Positions 9,370-15,440 of a stretch of 15,440 nt of DNA are shown in pieces. Origin of the DNA: Fonticula alba ATCC 38817 (Eukaryota > Protista > Nucleariida); assembly GCA_000388065.2 (NCBI GenBank), contig KB932210.1. One strand, given 5' to 3'. Position 1 is the first letter of the stretch. Each line of letters opens with the position of its first letter. The notes beneath the pieces are model-generated. The model made no database searches and was not told the origin of the DNA. It saw only the letters and a list, made by a program, of their open reading frames with translations. The position numbers were made by a program, and so were the translations under genes.

Positions 9370-12009
9370 TCAGGAACGGGCGTCAGAAAAGTCCTCATCG
9401 TCATCCTGCACCGGGAACGGGTACTGGGGCAAGTCGCCCGGATCCGCGCGCGTCGGGCTGGCACTCAGACCGGCGTCATGGAGAGGCCCGGAGGGGGTGG
9501 CAGGGGCGGTGGCGGCGGCGGCGGCGGCGGCGGCGGCCGGTTGCCCGGCTGCCCGAGCCGGCGGCAAGATTCCCTCAACGAGGACGACATCCGTTTGCCC
9601 CAGCCAGAACCCCTTGTCCGCGGACTGGACCTGGCGCACATGCGGTGGCGTGTTGTTGGCCACATCGGCGTCGGACCAATCGAAGTCGTCATCCCAGTGG
9701 GAGGGCAGGCCTGACCGGTCGTCAACCATGCTGGCGTGTGCGTGCGCGCGCGCGTGCGTGCGCGCGTGCGGGGGAGGGGGAGGGGAGCGTGCGAGGCGGC
9801 ACATGCGCGCGCATGTGTGTCAGCGTGTGCACGTACATCAGCTTGCAAGCGTGAATACATGCGATAGCCGACAGAAACCCCCATGAAGAGGACAGACATG
9901 GAGATACATGCGGGGAGAGGGGAGGACACCAACACCATGTAGGGAGGGCAGCAGGAACAGGGCGGCCCGGCGTACCTTTGCTGGAAATACGGCCGGGGGT
10001 TCATCAGGTTGTCGTGCAGACGAACGGCCACGCGATTGGCCATGAAGGCGGTGTTCTCGACATTGGTGACGAAGGCGTGCTTGACGCTCGGGTCGACGAC
10101 AAACACATTGTCTGGGTGCACGTGTCAGAAAGCGGGCACAGCCCCCCGGGCCCTCCCTCCCCCGCCCCCCGCCCCCCCTGGCAAAATGCCCACACGCACC
10201 AAGGCCCACGAGGTAGGCCAGCCGCGCCGCGTCCCCCGGCGTGCACCACTCATCCCCGGGCGAGTAGAAACACGTCACCAGACGCGACCCATGCTGGTGC
10301 AGGAAGAGAACCTTCTTCGGGGACAGCTCCTGCAGGAAGTCCATCTCGTCGGCGGCCATGTGCAGGCAATTGTTGACCACGCGCCCGCTGCGCCGAGGGC
10401 AAGGACACCGGAGCATGGCCGGGCATCGAGAACCAACATGTCAGAGGGGCCCGGCGAGGGACACCAAAGAGGCCCCCCCCCCCTCCAGGGGATGTCCCTT
10501 CCCCTCCTCCGGACGCACCTGAAGTTGTCGGCAGTCACCTCGGCCATCCGGGTGGACAACGAGGCCATGGCGCTCAGAAGCCGACGCGTCATGAAGGCCG
10601 GCATCATGGAGGCCACGGTCACCACCTTTGCCAGGACCGCAATCACCTCCGGGTTGAAGGCCGCCTTGCCGGTGGCGGAGTGTTGTGTCGTGTTGTGTCG
10701 TGTCGTGTTGTGTTGTATCGTGTCGCGTTGTGGCGTGTCGCGTTGTGTCGTGTTGTGTCGTGTCGTGTTGCGCACACCCGCAGGTGCGGGGAGCGAGAAC
10801 GAGGGAAGGCAGGCAACATCGCACGGTTAGACGCCGGAGTCAGGGGGGGCAATGAAAAAGAGGTGGAGGAACCCGGGAGCCGCGTCGCGCCGTCCGCCCC
10901 TGCCACACACACACACACACACACGCATGTCAAAGTACGGAACCCATGTCCCAGATCCCGGGCATGTCCACAACCGGCCGCAGGACGCACCGACAGATTT
11001 TGGCCATTCTGAGTGGACCCGATCTTGCGCAAAGTCGGCGTCATGAGGAAGGCATGGGTGATGGAGAGCGGCGCCCGGGCCGGAGGGGCCCCCGGCTCGA
11101 AGCTGGCCGGGTTCTTGCTCGGGCTCCAGTAGGGCGGCGGCGGCTCCGAGGGGTCCGGCCCGACGGAGAAGTCGGCCATGGTCAGCTCCAGGGCAATGTG
11201 CGCGCCGACCGAATGCCCGGCCAGGTACAGCGGGGTCCAGGGGTTCCGGCACCGGCGCAACTCCGACAAGAAGCACATGTGGTGCTCAATTTGCGCCTGC
11301 AGGATGTTCCCCCCGGTCGGGTTGGACCCCCGCGAGGCCCGACACGATTGCGCCAGCGGCAGGAAGTCCGCCGTGGTGGGACTGTGCCCGAAGTGCTCGA
11401 CTGCCAGGCACCCAGGGAGAGCAAAGTCAGAGACATGCCCCCACCAAACCGAAGCCGGTGGCCGCACAAGCCCACAAGCCCACAAACCCACAAACCCACA
11501 GACACACACAGGGCAATGATCGCGAGGAGGAAAGCAGCAAAAAAAGAAAATCGGACGGGCCAGCGGAGGGACCTGCCCGGCAGGGGGAGAGCCACAAAAA
11601 AAAAAAAAGAAGCCCACGCCCAGCCCGCAGACATACCACCAAACACATCGATCCGGCCATTCATCCGGAAGAAGACCGCCCGCATGAAGTCCGCATAGTA
11701 CTCGATGACTCCCGGGTTGCCGGGGATCACCACCAGCACAGGGACCTCCGACTCGAAGGTGCTCGCCGGGCCGGAGGTGGCCGGGCCGCCGACCACCTCC
11801 TCGATGGTGGCGTGCGCCGCCGGGCCGGAAACCGGCGCGCCTGAGGGGGCCGCCGTCACCGGGCTCCGTGGCCCGACGTCCGCCAGCAGCCGCAGCACCG
11901 TGGTCGGCCGGCCGCCGACATTGGCGATGAACCGCTCCACCGGCGGCGAGGGCTGGTTGAAGCGCCGGGAGGCCGCCGGCGCGGCCGGGCGAAAGAGTCG
12001 AGCGAACAT
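9370..12009 (-). CDS. LDAH: Lipid droplet-associated hydrolase family serine hydrolase (LDAH/C2orf43/YPR147C-like), 537 aa, with N- and C-terminal extensions
   Basis: Exons (minus strand): 12009-11637, 11400-10991, 10664-10519, 10387-10200, 10111-9976 and 9730-9370, totalling 1614 nt with all phases matching. Motifs: VLVVIPGNPGVIEYYADF, VEHFGHS, ILQAQIEHH, the nucleophile elbow LAGHSVGAHIAL (GHSVG at 11218-11204), FLMTPTL, LHMAADEM, CFYSPGDEWCT (catalytic Asp) and VKHAFV (catalytic His). Confidence 0.92.
9731..9975 (-). other. LDAH intron 5 (245 nt, phase 2)
   Basis: AG|GTACGC donor, CTGAC with branch A at about 9820, CCAG acceptor. Confidence 0.8.
10112..10199 (-). other. LDAH intron 4 (88 nt, phase 1, G-run rich)
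   Basis: GTGCGT donor, TTCTGAC, CCCAG acceptor. Splicing gives YLVGL-D-NVFVV. Confidence 0.85.
10388..10518 (-). other. LDAH intron 3 (131 nt, phase 2)
   Basis: AG|GTGCGT donor, CTCTGAC, CGCAG acceptor. Confidence 0.88.
10665..10990 (-). other. LDAH intron 2 (326 nt, phase 0, AAG acceptor)
   Basis: GTGCGT donor and CTAAC at 10830-10826. The first AG after the branch point is CAAG at 10665. Splicing gives QNGQNLS|AAFNPEVIAVL. Confidence 0.72.
10681..10770. repeat. Pentanucleotide microsatellite (TGTYG)n, about 18 units
   Basis: Read directly from the sequence. Confidence 0.93.
11401..11636 (-). other. LDAH intron 1 (236 nt, phase 1)
   Basis: GTATGT donor, CTCTGAC, GGCAG acceptor. Splicing gives IDVFG-V-EHFGHS. 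Confidence 0.9.
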
Positions 12010-12729
12010 GCTCCAGGCCGAGAGACAACCCGGCGGGCAGGGAGGGGGGAGGGGAGAGAGAGAGAGAGGCAGGCGGAAAGACCCGGCGCCGCCGATCCGA
12101 AGGATGATACTCTTCCGAGCGCGAGGCTGAGGGCAAGCAGGGGCGGAGGGCAGAGAGAGAGAGAGAGAGAGAGGGAGAAAAGAGGGCAAAAGGGCTTGCG
12201 AGGGAGATGCTCCCCCGCGGCCGGGCGCCCCAGCGCCTCGCCTGGTCCCTTTCAGGGACGGCACCGCCCCGAGCAACACGGCCCGGGCAGGCCCCGCGAC
12301 GGGACGCCGGCCAGACCCGGGGCCGATCCCAGCCAGCGGAGTCAGCCCAACCTCAGGGGGGGGGGGATGTCCACCATGGCAAGTGCATGCGCGCGCGGTG
12401 CGGGGCAGATCGCCCGATCGTGGGGCTGGCCTGGCATGACTATCCCCCCCCCCCCCCTGCCCCTGCTGACCCGCCCCCGACACTCCAACGGGGCAAAAGA
12501 CATCCCGCCGCCTGGGGGAGAGAGGACGACCCCGGGCCCCCGGGCGCCGGACCTCCCGACACCCTCCCGGAGCAGGGGACTCAAGCGTGCGCGCGCGTCG
12601 GCTGCCGGACACCGGGGGAGTTCTCCGGCCCGGTGCCGGACATGCAGGCAGGAGCCCGGGGGCGCGGGGGTAGTGTCACAATTTCACGGCTGTCATGTGA
12701 TGTGTCAGGTGTATTGGAAAGGAGAGAGA

Positions 12730-14888
12730 CTATCGGCGGCGGTCCTCGCGGCTCCGACTCCGCTCACGGCGGCGATCGTCGGCGGGGCGGTCGTCGCGGC
12801 GGTGCCGGTCATCGCGGCGGTCACGGTCCCGGTTGCGCTCGAGGCTGCGGTCGCGGCTGCGGCCGCGGGGACGTTCAACGCTGCGGTCGCGGGGGCGCCC
12901 AGGACTACGATCGCGAGGACGTTCAACGCTACGGTCGCGAGGGCGCTCAACGCTGCGGTCGCGNNNNNNNNNNNNNNNNNNNNNNNNNNNNNNNNNNNNN
13001 NNNNNNNNNNNNNNNNNNNNNNNNNNNNNNNNNNNNNNNNNNNNNNNNNNNNNNNNNNNNNNNNNNNNNNNNNNNNNNNNNNNNNNNNNNNNNNNNNNNN
13101 NNNNNNNNNNNNNNNNNNNNNNNNNNNNNNNNNNNNNNNNNNNNNNNNNNNNNNNNNNNNNNNNNNNNNNNNNNNNNNNNNNNNNNNNNNNNNNNNNNNN
13201 NNNNNNNNNNNNNNNNNNNNNNNNNNNNNNNNNNNNNNNNNNNNNNNNNNNNNNNNNNNNNNNNNNNNNNNNNNNNNNNNNNNNNNNNNNNNNNNNNNNN
13301 NNNNNNNNNNNNNNNNNNNNNNNNNNNNNNNNNNNNNNNNNNNNNNNNNNNNNNNNNNNNNNNNNNNNNNNNNNNNNNNNNNNNNNNNNNNNNNNNNNNN
13401 NNNNNNNNNNNNNNNNNNNNNNNNNNNNNNNNNNNNNNNNNNNNNNNNNNNNNNNNNNNNNNNNNNNNNNNNNNNNNNNNNNNNNNNNNNNNNNNNNNNN
13501 NNNNNNNNNNNNNNNNNNNNNNNNNNNNNNNNNNNNNNNNNNNNNNNNNNNNNNNNNNNNNNNNNNNNNNNNNNNNNNNNNNNNNNNNNNNNNNNNNNNN
13601 NNNNNNNNNNNNNNNNNNNNNNNNNNNNNNNNNNNNNNNNNNNNNNNNNNNNNNNNNNNNNNNNNNNNNNNNNNNNNNNNNNNNNNNNNNNNNNNNNNNN
13701 NNNNNNNNNNNNNNNNNNNNNNNNNNNNNNNNNNNNNNNNNNNCTGCGGTCGCGGCCACGCTCAATACTGCGGTCGCGACCACGCTCAACACTGCGGTCG
13801 CGCTGGCGATCCTCGCGATCTCCGCGGCGGCCCTTGGGCGAGGCCCGGCACCGCGAAAGCATGTCGGACTCGGACTCGGCCGGCGGCGGGGAGGCGCCCT
13901 TGCCACCGGCAGGGGCGTCATCCCGGGGCTTGGAGGAGGGCCGGCGGTCCCGGCGATCGCGCTCCGACTCCGACGCGTCCGACTCCGAGTTGGAGTCATA
14001 CGAGTCATACGAGTCGTAGGAGTCATACGAATCGTACGAGTCGTACGAGTCATACGAATCGTACGAATCGTACGAGTCATACGAGTCGTAGCCGTCCGAA
14101 ACCGAGGCATCCCGCCGGCGGGAGTCCCGCTTCCGGTCGGCCGTCTTCCGGTCGTCCTTCTTCCGGTCAGCCTTCTTGGCATCCCCGGCACCCGGGGCAG
14201 GGAGGCGCGCGGGTCCGCCATCCCGCGGCCCGGCGTCAGCTCGGGGCGCCGGCGCATGCGGGCCCAGGCGCAGGGCCCGCGCGAAGCGGTCATTGTCCCG
14301 GACCTTGGCCGCCGCAATCAAGTGCGACTCGTGCGGCTTGTACCTGTGCGCCAGGGGGCCGGGAGGGGGGGGGGGAGAGAGAGAGACGGAGGGAGAAGGG
14401 GCGCAGCGCAGGGCGGCGACGTCAAGCGCGGCAGCGGGGGAGGAAGGGGAGAAAGAGAGGGAGGGAGACCGGGCGTTAGAACCCCAGGAGCAGGGCAGGC
14501 AGGCAGGAAGAAGGCGGCAGAGCGCCCCACACACGCACGACTTGCCGCCGGCTGTCGGCTTCGGCAGGCGGTCCACCTCGGCCTGGAGCTTCCGACGAAG
14601 GGCCTGCACACGCATGTCCACCTCGTCCGGAGACAGGCGCTGCGCGGCCGGGGCCGCCTCCAGCCGCGCGCGCAGCTGGTGGCACTGGACCTCGATGGCG
14701 CGCTTGCGCTCGTGCTCCAGGATGCTCGGGTCGGCGGGGGCCCGCATGCGCGGGTCCTCGGCCGGCGCCACATTGAAGTCGGCCATCGTCACGGCGTTGG
14801 TCCGGCGCCGGGTGTCGGCCAGGTTCCGCTGGACGAAGCCGTTGGTCCCGGACCCCCGGGGGGTCGACAGGCCGATCCGGTTGTACAT
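12730..14888 (-). CDS. CWC21: Pre-mRNA splicing factor CWC21 / SRRM2-like (cwf21 domain plus RS/RD-rich tail)
   Basis: The N-terminus MYNRIGLSTPRGSGTNGFVQRNL matches the CWC21/SRRM2 signature, and the cwf21 domain reads ILEHERKRAIEVQCHQLRARLE...EVDMRVQALRRKL. Further on is HESHLIAAAKVRDNDRFARALRL. Exon 1 is 14888-14539 and exon 2 is 14343-12730, crossing a 780-N gap. After the gap the RS-coding frame ends ..RERSRSREDRRR, with TAG at 12732-12730. Confidence 0.93.
12795..13803 (-). repeat. Coding 24-bp tandem repeat encoding RDRS(V/I)ER(G/P), flanking both sides of the assembly gap 12964-13743
   Basis: CGC GAC CGC AGY RTT GAR CGY SSY units are seen at 13803-13744 and from 12963 down to about 12795. 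Confidence 0.88.
13992..14090 (-). repeat. Coding 9-bp tandem repeat, 11 copies, encoding (YDS)11
   Basis: Units are TAY GAY TCS. Variation falls only at synonymous third positions. Confidence 0.97.
14344..14538 (-). other. CWC21 intron (195 nt, phase 2, in frame and stop-free)
   Basis: GTGCGT donor, CTAAC at 14479-14475, pyrimidine tract, CACAG acceptor. Splicing gives GGK-S-YKPHESH. Confidence 0.88.
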
Positions 14889-15440
14889 CGGATCAAAGGG
14901 GAGGAGGGGAGGCGGAGGGCGGCCCGGGTGGCGGGCGAGGAGGACAGGCGGGCGAGGGGAACGCGAGGGAGAAGGGCAAATCCGCAAGCGGCATTCAAGG
15001 AAAAAGAAGCGAGGAGGGCAGGGGGGCAGGGGAGGGTGATTGCGCGCATCCCCCCGGTGCGGGCGTCCGCCCGGCAGGACGCCGCCCGAAAAAGGCCCAA
15101 CCGGCGGCCAGCCATCCCCCCCCCCCCGTCTCCGTGGCCGGCCCACCCCCAACCGCCCGGTTCGCCCGGACACCCCGCGCCCAGGGGCCAACTCTGACTA
15201 GCCGGGAGGTGCCCACCCATTGGAATGGCATTCTGGTGCGTGGGCGCTGCCAACGCACGCGCGACCACGCGCCTCACCCGTGCCCGGCGGCCCCAGACTC
15301 CGGGCCCGTTTCCCGCGCCCGCGTTGGCGGCGCACGCGGCTGCCCTGCCGGCATACCCCCCCGCGCGGCCGGCCGAGGACGCCGCATGCCGCGCGCACAT
15401 CGGCTCCCCCGCAAAGTGATGCGCCAGCGCCCCCCCCCCC

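Noticed and set aside
12705-12963. Hydrophobic Ala/Thr/Val C-terminus (ATAALSALATVALNV...) given for ORF 12705-15191
   Set aside because: Wrong frame caused by the estimated gap length. The adjacent frame continues the RDRSVER repeat and ends at TAG 12732-12730.
12795-14090. Tandem repeats as a CRISPR array or mobile-element ends
   Set aside because: There are no unique spacers, TIRs, LTRs or transposase/RT ORFs. The repeats are in-frame coding repeats of a eukaryotic gene.
164-14538. Excess of introns whose length is a multiple of 3 (6 of 13 ungapped)
   Set aside because: About 4 are expected by chance; the sample is too small.
30-14888. A functional lipid gene cluster (flippase subunit, TM propeller, lipid hydrolase)
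   Set aside because: Orientations are mixed, a splicing factor is the next neighbour, and eukaryotic adjacency of housekeeping genes is weak evidence. It would need synteny across species.
15419-15440. Possible start of a divergent gene (ATGCGCCAGCGC...) at the window edge
   Set aside because: Only seven codons are visible, which is not enough to support a call.

Overview
GC-rich, intron-containing eukaryotic genomic DNA, not prokaryotic. It has GT-AG introns, CTRAC branch points, many microsatellites and three assembly gaps (3726-4450, 6589-6790, 12964-13743). The style (very high GC, Pro/Gly/Ala low-complexity proteins, fungal-type CDC50 tail) suggests a protist, possibly a Fonticula-like holomycotan; this is an unverified impression. 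Four protein-coding genes can be reconstructed by manual splicing. (1) A 5'-truncated CDC50/LEM3 flippase beta-subunit (+, 30-1595). (2) A large uncharacterised protein of about 1,500 visible aa, with beta-propeller-like segments, long Pro/Gly/Ala linkers and a C-terminal coiled coil plus transmembrane helix (+, 2745-8952). (3) An LDAH-family alpha/beta hydrolase (-, 12009-9370, 537 aa) with a presequence-like N-terminus and an extra acidic tail carrying two FFAT-like motifs. (4) A CWC21/SRRM2-type splicing factor (-, 14888-12730) with a (YDS)11 array and a long RDRS(V/I)ER(G/P) repeat. Most ORFs in the supplied track are GC-driven shadows. I found no RNA genes, mobile elements or CRISPR arrays, and no convincing multi-gene novel system. 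The best leads are the unknown tail-anchored protein, the LDAH tail motifs, the CWC21 repeats and an intron architecture with distal branch points.
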